Sequence record: ON568341.1
DNA: 64,000 nucleotides
Direction: 5' to 3' (one strand)
Shown piece by piece: positions 1 through 10,460 of this stretch (positions are counted from its first letter, which is position 1; every line of letters starts with the position of its first letter). A model generated the notes under the pieces. The model saw only the letters and a program-made list of their open reading frames with translations. It was not told the origin of the DNA and ran no database searches. The translations under genes and the position numbers were made by a program.

Positions 1-50
1 TGATTCATATTAGTTCCATAAATATTAGTATAAATTTATACCTATTATTT

Positions 51-1043
51 ATGGAAGGAAAAACTATGGCTCATCACGGCGTGTTTATGTACCCTTATAA
101 TCAGGAAGTATCATTGGGCAATTTTAATATGCCATTTAGTAATGAAAAACTAACTATCTATCGAGGGGCAAATAATAATTTATCTTTTACTGTTCACAAC
201 GCTGATGGAAAATATACTTTATTGAAAGATAATGAATATCTTACATTTATGATTTTTGATGCACGAAATAATACTAAACTATTTGATGTTGTATTGGAAA
301 AGCAAGAACCAAGTTGGTTATCAGAAAGTGGTCAAGCTCGTCAAACATTGGGAAATAAAAAGAAAGTATACTATGGATGTATTGTTCCAGCAGGAGTTAT
401 TCAAGATACCAGTCCTGGTTCTAAATATAGATGGAGCATTACTAAAGTAACTATGGATGGTTCACTTATAGAACCAACACAATATCTATACACTGGAATG
501 AACTTTGAGGCATCAGCGGAGCTAATAATTTCAGACCAAGCAGCCCCAGTATTTGTTCCTAGTACTGAAATATCTACAGACAAAAATTCAGCCTGGACAT
601 CAATAAAGCGTTTATATAATGAACCAATTGGTAATGGTATGATAGGTGAGTATGATATACTCGCATCAACTCCACTTCCAGCACAAATGCAGTATGGGTT
701 GGTTGATGGGCTAAGTAGCATTGCAATCTATTTTGATAAATTCATTGGAAGAATACAGTTACAAGGATGTTTGTGTAATAATGTACCTAATGATAATGAA
801 AATTATAAATGGTTTATAATCAAATTAGATGGAAAGGATTATATTGAAAATGGGATTGATATTGATGGATTTCCAAAAGAACTTGATGGTATTCAAGCAT
901 TTAATTTCAAAGGAAATTATATGTGGTTGCGAATCGTAGTAGCAATTCATCCTAAAAATGTTCCAGTACCATACGACTATGCTGCTGTGCGAAAAGTGTA
1001 TGATCCTTTATTAACTGTACCTAAAATTTTGATTCGCAGGTGA
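51..1043 (+). CDS. probable virion structural protein
   Basis: 330-aa ORF, preceded by a late-promoter-like ATAAATA (18-24). No catalytic motif recognised. Confidence 0.4.
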   Translation: MEGKTMAHHGVFMYPYNQEVSLGNFNMPFSNEKLTIYRGANNNLSFTVHNADGKYTLLKDNEYLTFMIFDARNNTKLFDVVLEKQEPSWLSESGQARQTLGNKKKVYYGCIVPAGVIQDTSPGSKYRWSITKVTMDGSLIEPTQYLYTGMNFEASAELIISDQAAPVFVPSTEISTDKNSAWTSIKRLYNEPIGNGMIGEYDILASTPLPAQMQYGLVDGLSSIAIYFDKFIGRIQLQGCLCNNVPNDNENYKWFIIKLDGKDYIENGIDIDGFPKELDGIQAFNFKGNYMWLRIVVAIHPKNVPVPYDYAAVRKVYDPLLTVPKILIRR

Positions 1044-1069
1044 GACAAAATTAGAAGGTGTGCTATAAT
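1041..1069 (+). promoter_or_regulatory. promoter TGAGAC-N17-TATAAT with extended -10 (TGn)
   Basis: tgagac aaaattagaaggtgtgc tataat, directly upstream of primase. Confidence 0.65.
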
Positions 1070-1098
1070 CATTTGTAAGAAAAGACAAGGATTAACTT

Positions 1099-2154
1099 AT
1101 GAACGCTGTACAAAACATAATGGCACAAATAATGAATGATCCAGTACCTTCAATTGGTACATGGTCACATCACAATTGTCCCGCTTGTGTGTTCAGAGGA
1201 CATTCAAGGCCGGATACAAAGCACCGTGGTAATCATATGTTCAATGCAGATGGTTCCGTATCATATAACTGCTTTAACTGTAGTTTAAAAACGGGTTGGC
1301 AGCCTGGAAAATATATGAGCAAAGATATGGAGTCTTTGCTCATTTCTTTTGGTGCACAAGATAAAGAAATAGAATTAGTTAAGTTTTATATTAAAGAAAT
1401 GGTTGATAGTGGAGATTACGCTACACAAGAAACGGTTGTATCAAAATTATATGATAGAATAACTGTGCGTGATTTACCATCAAATGCTAAAACATTTTGG
1501 GAATGGGCTTCGTTACCAGAAGACAAAATTCCCCGAGAATTTTTGAGTGTTTTGCATAACGTCAATGAAAGAAACCCATACTTATTAGATTTAGAATTAT
1601 ATTGGTCACCCAATAAAGAACATAAAATGTATGATAGATTTATTATTCCTTATTTCATGAATGGGAAAATCATTGGATACACAGCAAGACACAAATTAAA
1701 AGATCCCGGAAGTACATACAGGTTTATAAATCAAGTAAGTACAAATATACTATATAATTATGATTTATTAAAAGATGATAGAATAAAAACAATTTTAGTA
1801 TGTGAAGGGCCGTTGGATGCTGCATTGATGGGTGGAGTATCTGCAAATAACTTTAAACTATCCAATGTACAAATTGATGTATTAAAAGATGCACAACAAA
1901 AAGGTAAAAAAGTAGTTATTGTTCCAGACCGAGACAAAGATGGGTTAATAACAATAGAACAAGCACTTGAAAATGGATTCAGTGTGTCGTTCCCAGACTT
2001 TGGTGCAGTTAGAGAAGGGAGTACTATACGTCACATCAAAGATTTCGAAGAAGCGTGTTCACGTTTTGGAAGGTTATTTTGCTTGCAATTAATACACGAT
2101 AGTATAGTAGATGAGCCATTTTATATAAAAGCTCAAACAGAAAAATGGATGTAA
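1099..2154 (+). CDS. DNA primase (Zn ribbon + Toprim)
   Basis: N-terminal CPAC...CFNC zinc motif, Toprim CEGPLDA and PDRDKDG, adjacent to the helicase. Confidence 0.85.
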   Translation: MNAVQNIMAQIMNDPVPSIGTWSHHNCPACVFRGHSRPDTKHRGNHMFNADGSVSYNCFNCSLKTGWQPGKYMSKDMESLLISFGAQDKEIELVKFYIKEMVDSGDYATQETVVSKLYDRITVRDLPSNAKTFWEWASLPEDKIPREFLSVLHNVNERNPYLLDLELYWSPNKEHKMYDRFIIPYFMNGKIIGYTARHKLKDPGSTYRFINQVSTNILYNYDLLKDDRIKTILVCEGPLDAALMGGVSANNFKLSNVQIDVLKDAQQKGKKVVIVPDRDKDGLITIEQALENGFSVSFPDFGAVREGSTIRHIKDFEEACSRFGRLFCLQLIHDSIVDEPFYIKAQTEKWM

Positions 2155-2176
2155 TACATATAATGAGGGAACATAG

Positions 2177-3697
2177 ATGATTCAAAGCACAATGGATGTG
2201 AAACAATATGGGATTAATGCACAACAATACTTATTATCTCAGATTTTCAGTAATCCTGATTTATATGTACGTTGTAAAAATATCCTTAAACCTGAATATT
2301 TTGATAAAACATTTCATGAAAGTATTAAGTACGTTCATGATTATGCAGCAAAATATAGTTCATCACCAACTTTAAAAGATATTGAAGTTAAAGGTGGTTA
2401 TCAATACGACCAATATGAAGTTCAAGAATTACATAAACAATCAGTACTGGATACATGTGGTGAATTTTGCCGACACAAAGCATTAGCATTAGCTGTGGAA
2501 AAGGGAATGGAACTTGTCCATCAGAAAAAATATGGTGGGATAGAAGAACTAATTCGTGAAGCAATGCTGGTAACTGTACAGAATGAGTTAGGTTTGGACA
2601 TTTTTGAAAATCCAGAAGATACTATTCGTTCACTAAGTTCAATGCAAGGGTCATTTAAGAGTGGATGGGAAACACTTGATTACAAACTTTTCGGTGGCTT
2701 TGGGCGTAGAGAGTTAGAGATTTTTGCGGCTGCATCAGGTGGTGGTAAATCAGTAGTATTGCAAAATTTAGCAGTTAACTTTGCTAAAGCTGGAATGAAT
2801 GGTGCATACATCTCTCTAGAACTAGCTGAAGAGTTAGTTGCGGTTCGTATTTATGGTATGATGACTGAATCGAAACTCAGTAACGTAAAAAATGAAGCTG
2901 AAAAGATTGGATTTGCTGTTAAAGTTGAAGGTAAAAACAGTGGTATGTTGCGTATTAAACGCTTACCTGAATCTGTGACAACAACGGACGATATCGAAAG
3001 TTATCTACGTGAATTACAAATTAAGATGGAAATCAAACTTGATTATGTATGTGTGGACTATTTGGACCTATTAACTTCTAATCGTCTTGGACCAAATGAT
3101 AAATCCAATACATTTACTAAAGATAAATTTGTATCAGAAGAATTACGTGCTCTTGCATCAAAAATGGATTTGACTGTATTCACGGCATCTCAGTTTAACC
3201 GTAGTGGCATGGACGAAGATAAGAAAAGTCAAAGTCAGATTGCTGGTGGTATTTCAAAAATTTATACTGCGGATAACGTAATTTATATTGAAGCAAAAAA
3301 AGACACTGGGGAATTATGGTTTGATTTTCAAAAAACACGTAACAGTAGTGCAGTAGGTTCTCGCTTACGTATGTCCTATGATATTGACTCATTGCGAGTT
3401 CTTGATCACGCAATTACAGTACAACAAATGGAAACAGAAGGTAACGGATTCCGTCACAGTGGTGTTTCTAAGATTGGTGGAGGAAATATGGCATTACCTC
3501 CTAGTACAATGCAAACATTGCGTCATACGCTTTCTGGTACATCAAATTCATTATCTACACAACCAAACAAACAAGTATTACTAAATACTGAGAGTGCTCC
3601 TAACACAACAACACAAAATGAATTACAGCCCCCGCAGCCACATGCAGGTTCTGAACGTGTTCATGCAATGAAGCAATGGTTAAATCAAAGGAAATGA
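2177..3697 (+). CDS. replicative DNA helicase, DnaB/T4 gp41-like
   Basis: Walker A AASGGGKS, SLEL, Walker B VDYLDLL, TASQFNR; low-complexity C-terminal tail. Confidence 0.92.
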   Translation: MIQSTMDVKQYGINAQQYLLSQIFSNPDLYVRCKNILKPEYFDKTFHESIKYVHDYAAKYSSSPTLKDIEVKGGYQYDQYEVQELHKQSVLDTCGEFCRHKALALAVEKGMELVHQKKYGGIEELIREAMLVTVQNELGLDIFENPEDTIRSLSSMQGSFKSGWETLDYKLFGGFGRRELEIFAAASGGGKSVVLQNLAVNFAKAGMNGAYISLELAEELVAVRIYGMMTESKLSNVKNEAEKIGFAVKVEGKNSGMLRIKRLPESVTTTDDIESYLRELQIKMEIKLDYVCVDYLDLLTSNRLGPNDKSNTFTKDKFVSEELRALASKMDLTVFTASQFNRSGMDEDKKSQSQIAGGISKIYTADNVIYIEAKKDTGELWFDFQKTRNSSAVGSRLRMSYDIDSLRVLDHAITVQQMETEGNGFRHSGVSKIGGGNMALPPSTMQTLRHTLSGTSNSLSTQPNKQVLLNTESAPNTTTQNELQPPQPHAGSERVHAMKQWLNQRK

Positions 3698-3700
3698 TAA

Positions 3701-3973
3701 ATGTCTAGTAAATCCAATAAAAAGAATCTACTTGATAGTATAGTTGACTATACCCCAGAGAAAGATACGTTACAGAGTTTTAGTAATCGTGCAGACCATG
3801 CAATAAACTCTGTGATTCATTTGTTGGAGAGCATTGAAGATGAATTTAACCAAACTGATGCTGAAGATTTGAAAAAGCGTTTATTTCTAAGTATAAAAAA
3901 CCGAGATTATAAAAAGTTTCAAAAAGGGTTAGAGAATATAGCACTTGATGAAAAACGTAATAAGGGTCATTAA
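3701..3973 (+). CDS. hypothetical protein
   Basis: 90-aa ORF abutting the helicase. Confidence 0.7.
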   Translation: MSSKSNKKNLLDSIVDYTPEKDTLQSFSNRADHAINSVIHLLESIEDEFNQTDAEDLKKRLFLSIKNRDYKKFQKGLENIALDEKRNKGH

Positions 3974-3974
3974 T

Positions 3975-4139
3975 ATGAAGAAAAAGAATATTAAAGAGAA
4001 TGCATCCACAGCATCTACTTCGGCAGGTGCAATTGCATCTGTCAGCACTGGTTTACATTATCCATTACATCGTAGATTGCCTCCAACTAACTTCTTTGGG
4101 TATAAAGTAGTAGAGATAAAAGATAAGGATAAAGAATGA
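3975..4139 (+). CDS. small hypothetical protein (possible internal head protein)
   Basis: ATG 3975 chosen over track start 3945 (follows the previous stop). MKKKNIKENASTASTSAGAIA. Confidence 0.5.
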   Translation: MKKKNIKENASTASTSAGAIASVSTGLHYPLHRRLPPTNFFGYKVVEIKDKDKE

Positions 4140-4528
4140 AACCCTATACTTTCTACACGATACATACTGTAGTAGATATTGGTGACGGTAAAACCCCAAC
4201 AATCATAGATTCAAAATTCACTGGTGCTATGAACTTGTCTAGATTGTTGGAAGCAATTATGGTATATGATTATCCTATGATGGTAAGTGTTGTTAAAAAT
4301 GAAGTTGATTTATATAAAGATAATAATTCATCTTTTTATAATATACCAATTACATGGGGTAAATGTACAATAAGCACATTTAAATTCGCTATACCAATGG
4401 ATGTTGAACTTCGATTACATGGTATTCCATTAGTTCTACCAACTGAACTAAATGGAAAACGAATAACTAAATTTATCACATCTGGTGATGATATCAACAT
4501 TAGCATCAGTAAACAGACCTTTTCTTAA
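4136..4528 (+). CDS. hypothetical protein
   Basis: 130-aa ORF, ATGA overlap with the previous gene. Confidence 0.7.
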   Translation: MKPYTFYTIHTVVDIGDGKTPTIIDSKFTGAMNLSRLLEAIMVYDYPMMVSVVKNEVDLYKDNNSSFYNIPITWGKCTISTFKFAIPMDVELRLHGIPLVLPTELNGKRITKFITSGDDINISISKQTFS

Positions 4529-4585
4529 TTGTGATAAATATCATAAAGCAAGACAGAGGTCTTTTTTATTTTTTATGGAGAAAAT

Positions 4586-5530
4586 ATGGATATAAACCAA
4601 ACAGCAACAGAACTTCAAAAGTTCGCAGACGCACATAATTTGAATGTTGATGTTTCTGTCATTCTTGATAATATGGATGCAGGTGATTTCATTACTTTAA
4701 ATTCTGCGATTGATAATTCCGATAATCGTGAAATATTTCAAATTTTGCAAAAATATAAAGCACAGATGAGTGAGTGTTATGAATATTTCAGTACTAATAA
4801 TTTGAATAAACATATCAATGAAAGTACTGAGCTACATAGCATTGTTGATGCAATGACTCTAAAGCAACTGGAAGAGACATACACTAAAAAATATACTTAT
4901 TCTGATACATCGAAGCTAACTACCCAAGAATTAAAAGCGATTGTATTTGAAGATTTTCAAAATCAAGCAACTCAAATGCAATCTAAGCAAATTGCTAAAA
5001 TGAATGTTTCACAAGGACAACAGCAAGTTAATCCACAAACTCAAGCGAAAATAAAACAGGCTGAGTTACAAAGGAACGCTAATAATATGAAAGTTAGTGT
5101 TCCGGGAACACAAAGCGGTACTGATTCAGTAGAACCTGTTGTTGGTGTAGATCCAGGTCAAACACCAGAGCAAACATTGGTAATTACTAAAAGCGGTACT
5201 AAACCAAATGAGTTAAATGTTTTCCCATTGAATGATGTTAATCCTATCGATAACCAAAATAATCCAATACGTGAGGAAAAATCCCCACAAGAAATTAACA
5301 GTGAACTAATGGGAGATGCAAGCTTAGAGCCTGATAGTAATCCTGATTCACCATCACCATTATCATATCATGCACCTGGTATGGGTGAAATGATTCATGC
5401 TATTTCTGATATTGAAAAGGAAGATGATATTTATGGTGATGAAAGTGTAATGGCAAATCAGTCGCAATCTGATAATGATGATATGGTAGATCAAATTATT
5501 GATTATTGTCATCGTATGCGAGGTCGCTAA
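4586..5530 (+). CDS. hypothetical protein, acidic, likely virion/head-associated
   Basis: 314 aa, GGAG RBS, upstream ATAAATA. Confidence 0.6.
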   Translation: MDINQTATELQKFADAHNLNVDVSVILDNMDAGDFITLNSAIDNSDNREIFQILQKYKAQMSECYEYFSTNNLNKHINESTELHSIVDAMTLKQLEETYTKKYTYSDTSKLTTQELKAIVFEDFQNQATQMQSKQIAKMNVSQGQQQVNPQTQAKIKQAELQRNANNMKVSVPGTQSGTDSVEPVVGVDPGQTPEQTLVITKSGTKPNELNVFPLNDVNPIDNQNNPIREEKSPQEINSELMGDASLEPDSNPDSPSPLSYHAPGMGEMIHAISDIEKEDDIYGDESVMANQSQSDNDDMVDQIIDYCHRMRGR

Positions 5531-5748
5531 TGAGAACAGTACTGAATGTGTATGGTCATAATACGATGGTTTCCAATGAAGAATACAAACTATTACAAAA
5601 GATAAAAGCACGTGATACTGTTCCAGTTGAAAAGGTTAATGAATATTATCAAGAACTTGCTGATAAAATGGTATCACGCGGTGTTCTAAATAAAATAGAA
5701 AATGGTGATGGTACTGAATCATATCAAACAGTTAGGAGTAGTAAATGA
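5530..5748 (+). CDS. hypothetical protein
   Basis: ATG 5530 overlapping the previous TAA (track start 5506 less likely). Confidence 0.6.
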   Translation: MRTVLNVYGHNTMVSNEEYKLLQKIKARDTVPVEKVNEYYQELADKMVSRGVLNKIENGDGTESYQTVRSSK

Positions 5749-6422
5749 ATTACGAATATGATCAACAATCAGTCAATCAGATGGCTGATTTGTTAAGTGG
5801 TCTTAATGATATTGAAGCTGGTGAGACACACAATGCGGCAGGTGTACCATATAAAGCTAGTGGTGATATTGGTGCAATGACCGCTATTTTAACTTCATTA
5901 AATGAAGCGGGTATGGACTATGGTACTGAACCCGAACCTACACATCCGAACGTAGTGCCATATAACGCACCATTTAACGAACACATGAATGGACAACCAT
6001 ATGTTCAGCCTATGGTACATCGTTCACCTCCTAAACCGAAAACCAACTGGAGTTTAGTTGAAGAAAAGGTACAAGGTACGAAATCTACTAAAGTTTATAG
6101 CATTAAGTGTAACCATAGTTCACAAATTATCATGAATAATATTATGATGTATGAAGCAGCACTTACTTTAGTTAACCTTCTTAACGAAGGGAGAATGTTG
6201 ACAGATGCTAAAATTCTTGGTATAATTAGTTCGGGTTTGCAATATACAAATGTTATAAGCGAAGCATTAAAAGCAGCCCATAAACGCCAACGTGTACTTA
6301 ATGAATCAAAGTATGATGAAGCAAAAGATTTAGATATAATCATTGCAGAAAAGAAAGCAGAAGCTTATAAATTAAAAGAGCGTGTGTTAAACTTTCTTAA
6401 AAATGAAGGGTATATCACTTGA
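5745..6422 (+). CDS. hypothetical protein
   Basis: 225 aa, AGGAG RBS. Confidence 0.7.
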   Translation: MNYEYDQQSVNQMADLLSGLNDIEAGETHNAAGVPYKASGDIGAMTAILTSLNEAGMDYGTEPEPTHPNVVPYNAPFNEHMNGQPYVQPMVHRSPPKPKTNWSLVEEKVQGTKSTKVYSIKCNHSSQIIMNNIMMYEAALTLVNLLNEGRMLTDAKILGIISSGLQYTNVISEALKAAHKRQRVLNESKYDEAKDLDIIIAEKKAEAYKLKERVLNFLKNEGYIT

Positions 6423-8170
6423 TTATAGATGAATTGAAGAAATTCTTAAAAAGCAAAAACAAAAAAACATGGGTTAAGTTGGTAAACAATAATGAAGTAT
6501 ATTTTAAATATGTTCGTGAATTGTTCCCAACTAAACCCATGAATGAAGCATTATATCTTATAATGAACGATATGGTATGTGCACCATCTGCCCCATGTGG
6601 TTCTGAATGTAAATTTATTAATGGTTCATATGATAAGTATTGTTCTAAACCAACAAAACCAAACAAAAATCGTGATAATGGTTTTTGTGTAGTATGTAAT
6701 GAACATTGGAAGAACACCAAACTCAAAACTACTAAACAAAAATGCATTGATACTTATGGAGTCGAATACCATTGGCAAAGAAATGATGTAAAGGACAAAA
6801 TAAAAAGTACTAATATGAAACGATATGGTGTTGAACACAATTCACATATCGAACATGTTCTTGAAAAACGAAAGGAAACTTTCATTAAAAGATATGGTGT
6901 TGAATCACCTTTGGCATCTGTTGAAATTCGTGATAAGATAAAAGCAACAAACATTGAAAAATATGGTGTTGAAAATTATGGAAGTACTGATGAATGTATA
7001 GAAAAACGAAATAAAACAATGATGGATTTGTATGGTGTTAATAATGCACAACATGTAACGAAATTTTTAAATGAATCAAAGGTTACGAAAGCTAAAATTA
7101 GGTATGATAAAATTTTATCTATTATTAACCCTTCATATAAAGAACTTTTTGAATATGATGACTTAATTGATTCTACTAATGAAAGTAAACTTCCGTATTA
7201 TTGTGAAATACACAAAGGGTTGTTTTATAGTAATTATAAATATGGTATAGTTTGTAGTGTTTGTAATCCACCCGTGTATAGTTCCATACAAAATGAAATA
7301 AAGAATTTTGTGTCAACATTGACTGAATGTGACATTATTATGAATGATCGAAGTAATGGGTATGAATATGATATATACATCCCTGAACTTCAGATAGCAA
7401 TAGAAGTTAATGGTATGTATTGGCACAAAAGTGATATGGTTGATAAGTATTATCATAGGGCAAAAACAATAAATTCAATCGAACGTGGTATTAGATTGAT
7501 ACATATATTTGAAGATGAATGGTACAGTAAACAGAAAATTATTAAAAATAGATTAATGAACGTTTTTCAATGTTCTAGTAAGATTTATGCCAGAAAATGT
7601 ATTGTTAAAAAAATCAATACAAATATTTGTTATGATTTCCTAAACACTAATCATATACAAGGATATACTAGAACTGGAATAAACTATGGTTTGTTTTATA
7701 AACAAGAACTGGTTGCAGTAATGACGTTCAGTAAAAGTCGATATGATAAAAAATTTGAATATGAGCTAATACGATACTGCTCACGTGGAACTGTTGTTGG
7801 TGGTGCTGGTAAATTATTGTCTGCATTTGAGCGTGATTACAAACCATTGTCGTTGATGAGCTACGCAGACTTGAATTGGGGTTCTGGACAGTTATACATA
7901 TCTCTTAACTTTGAAAATTTAGGATATACAGAACCAAAATATTTTTATTATGATCCAAAAACAAAACAGCGTTTTTCTAGACAAAAATTTAGAAAACATA
8001 AATTGATTGAAATGGGATACAACTCATCTAAAACCGAAGAAGAGATATGCTTGGGTGAAATTGGATTGTATAAAATATACGATTCTGGCAATTGTAAATT
8101 TGCTAAATATTATTACAACATAAACATTACAGGAGATATTGAAAAATGTCCAAATCGTACAAAAAACTAA
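6419..8170 (+). mobile_element. free-standing homing-endonuclease-like gene (Hef-like/Vsr-type PD-(D/E)XK domain, YGVE repeats, C-terminal GNAT-like domain)
   Basis: Five ~23-aa xxYGVE/YGVN repeats, YEYDIYIPELQIAIEVNGMYWH, RLIHIFEDEW, VVGGAGKLL...SYADLNW. Overlaps both neighbours. Confidence 0.7.
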
Positions 8171-8780
8171 TGGAAACTGCTTCTCGTGCTGAAGCAATGA
8201 AATTCATTAAATTGAATGAATCTAATATTGAAAAGGCAGAAATTGTCCTTTCAGTTAAAGGTGAAATTGTTGATAAATTACAACGTCAATCAGAGGTTTT
8301 AATAACATGGGTGTTGACGTATTAGGCCCACTACTAGATCGTATTAAAGCAGAACAAGGTCTAGATGCTGCTCAAAATTTTAGTGATAATGTTCGTCATC
8401 TACTACAACATGCTGTAGCCACTTTGATGGATGTAAAAGATAAAATCAGTACAGAAACACTTAAATTAACTGGTGATATTACCGATGGTCCTGATGTTTC
8501 TGATATTGGCAGTGAAGACGTTGATATTGATATTGCCGCCGACACACCAACTTTTGATATGGATGCTGATGCAGATTTTGATGATGATATTATTTCTGAA
8601 CCAGTTCCAACTGAGCGTGAAATGAAAGAATCAGTAAAACCACGTAAAGTTGGAGTAAAAATGGAAAGTATTCGTGGTACTGTAGGTACTAAATACTTTA
8701 GTTCAAAAGATGAAATGAAAACTTGGCTCTCTGAGAATGAAAAGAAAGTCAAACGTGTTCTAGGATATGTTAAAAAATAA
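8146..8780 (+). CDS. probable head/scaffold-type protein, broken by a -1 frame change near 8296-8306
   Basis: ATG 8146 with AGGAG RBS gives a 59-aa ORF ending TAG 8325. The -1 frame continues as track ORF 8307..8780, joining as ...QRQSEVLNNMGVDVLGP... Confidence 0.6.
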
Positions 8781-8796
8781 TTAAGGACAAATCTAC

Positions 8797-9132
8797 ATGA
8801 GATTTAGTGATCTTACTGAAGAGGCTCCTGGTAAGGATATACGCAATATGATTACTACTATTGCGTTGTCTTTGATGTCAACGGGCCGAGAAGATGTAAA
8901 TGTTCAATCTTTGATTTCTGAAATCAAAAAGAGAACTAATATTGATGTTCCATACAATGTAATGATGGATATTTTGAATTCCCTTCCTTTTGTACAGGAT
9001 GCCAATTCTGATGTTGTAACTTTTGTTGGAAATTCAGCAGACGGTTCAGGTGAATTAGAACAAGATTCTGAAGATCAAGTTGAAGATTGGGCAACAAAAG
9101 CTGCGGTGTCAGCAAATAAACAAAAAAACTGA
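8797..9132 (+). CDS. hypothetical protein (possible internal head protein)
   Basis: AAGGA RBS; N-terminus MRFSDLTEE. Confidence 0.65.
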   Translation: MRFSDLTEEAPGKDIRNMITTIALSLMSTGREDVNVQSLISEIKKRTNIDVPYNVMMDILNSLPFVQDANSDVVTFVGNSADGSGELEQDSEDQVEDWATKAAVSANKQKN

Positions 9133-9158
9133 GACAAATAGAAATATAATGCTATAAT
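9130..9158 (+). promoter_or_regulatory. promoter TGAGAC-N17-TATAAT with extended -10
   Basis: tgagac aaatagaaatataatgc tataat. Confidence 0.65.
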
Positions 9159-9171
9159 TAGGAGTACACGG

Positions 9172-9891
9172 ATGTACACACCACCAATTGTTAGCAGATA
9201 TACATATGTTGGTTATAATAGAATTGAAGGCGGCCCAGATGGTCGCCTTTATTCAACTCCAACGGGTAATCTGCCGTCAGTAACAACAATTCTAAGTGCT
9301 ACCTCAAATGATGAGGGATTAAAGAAGTGGAGAGAATTTGTTGGTGAAGAAAAGGCTAATGAAATTACATTAGAAGCATGTACTGTTGGTACTTTTATGC
9401 ATGAGAACTTAGAATTTAGACTAGAAGGTAAACCAGATCATGAAGGTGGGATGCCAATACGAGTTCTTGCACGTAGAATGGCTGATAAGATTCAGCAAGA
9501 GGCGTGGCCTAGAATTAATGAAGTGTGGGGACAGGAAGTCCCATTATACTATGAAGGGTTATGGGCTGGAACTACAGACCTAGTGGGCGTTCATGATGGA
9601 ATCCCCACTATTATGGATTATAAAAATTCCCGTAAGGTTAAAAAGTGGTCACAAATTGAAAATTATCGTATGCAGATTGCAGCGTATGCATTAGCACATA
9701 ATCAAATGTTTGGGACGAATATTGATCGTGGTGTGATTTTCATCTGTGTAAGAAAAGATCCTAATAATCTACAATATCAAGAGTTTGTTATTGAAGGACA
9801 AGACTTCAAGGATGCTGTTAATATGTGGATTGAGCGTGTAGAGCAATACTATATTTTGCGTGGAGAAATTGAATCAAATGGAGCAGCATAA
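9172..9891 (+). CDS. PD-(D/E)XK exonuclease (lambda-exo/MGME1-like)
   Basis: LPSVTTIL, GTFMHENLE, GTTDLVG...MDYKNS, QIAAYALA. Confidence 0.85.
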   Translation: MYTPPIVSRYTYVGYNRIEGGPDGRLYSTPTGNLPSVTTILSATSNDEGLKKWREFVGEEKANEITLEACTVGTFMHENLEFRLEGKPDHEGGMPIRVLARRMADKIQQEAWPRINEVWGQEVPLYYEGLWAGTTDLVGVHDGIPTIMDYKNSRKVKKWSQIENYRMQIAAYALAHNQMFGTNIDRGVIFICVRKDPNNLQYQEFVIEGQDFKDAVNMWIERVEQYYILRGEIESNGAA

Positions 9892-10432
9892 AAAAATGAA
9901 ACAAGATCTATATACAATTCGTGCTTTGGAAAGTAAAGGGTATGATTTGGAAGAAGTCATTAAACTGAGTGAACAGGAAATTGATAATCTTGATTTATCA
10001 CATAAACTTATTCTAAATATCAAAGATTATAAACAGCGTGGTGCAAAACCCGTAGAAGAAATTAAAGAACAAATTGCCCAAGATATTAGTATCGATGAAG
10101 TATCTCGTAATGTACCACCAGAAGTAATTCAAGAGTATGCTGTTAATAGTGATGAGCAGATGAAAGTTTCTGACGAAGTTGAAACTATTGCAGAAGAACT
10201 TACTCCTGAAGTAGAAGAAGATGAAATTGTCATTGAGCGTGTAGTTTCTTCTAAAGAAGATTTGGACATTATCAAAGAAGCACTACAAACAAAAGAACTT
10301 AAAAGTGTATCCAGTTATGTAAAACATCTAAAATCTCTAGTTCCAGAGCAAATTCTATCTTCTGTTGATAGTTCAGTGGTATCTCAACTTATTAATGAGC
10401 GTATTACTGAAGTTAAAGAAAAAGCTAAATAA
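9878..10432 (+). CDS. hypothetical acidic helical protein
   Basis: ATG 9878 downstream of GGAG (track start 9860). Confidence 0.65.
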   Translation: MEQHKKMKQDLYTIRALESKGYDLEEVIKLSEQEIDNLDLSHKLILNIKDYKQRGAKPVEEIKEQIAQDISIDEVSRNVPPEVIQEYAVNSDEQMKVSDEVETIAEELTPEVEEDEIVIERVVSSKEDLDIIKEALQTKELKSVSSYVKHLKSLVPEQILSSVDSSVVSQLINERITEVKEKAK

Positions 10433-10460
10433 TCCTATAATACTATAGGAGATAGTTTTT

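Noticed and set aside
5822-5850. Other TGAGAC hits (5822, 21218, 40026)
   Set aside because: They are inside coding sequence with a poor or absent -10 at the 17-nt spacing.
6700-7070. Periodic repeats that could be a CRISPR array
   Set aside because: They are degenerate in-frame protein repeats (YGVE). There are no identical repeats with unique spacers and no cas genes in the window.
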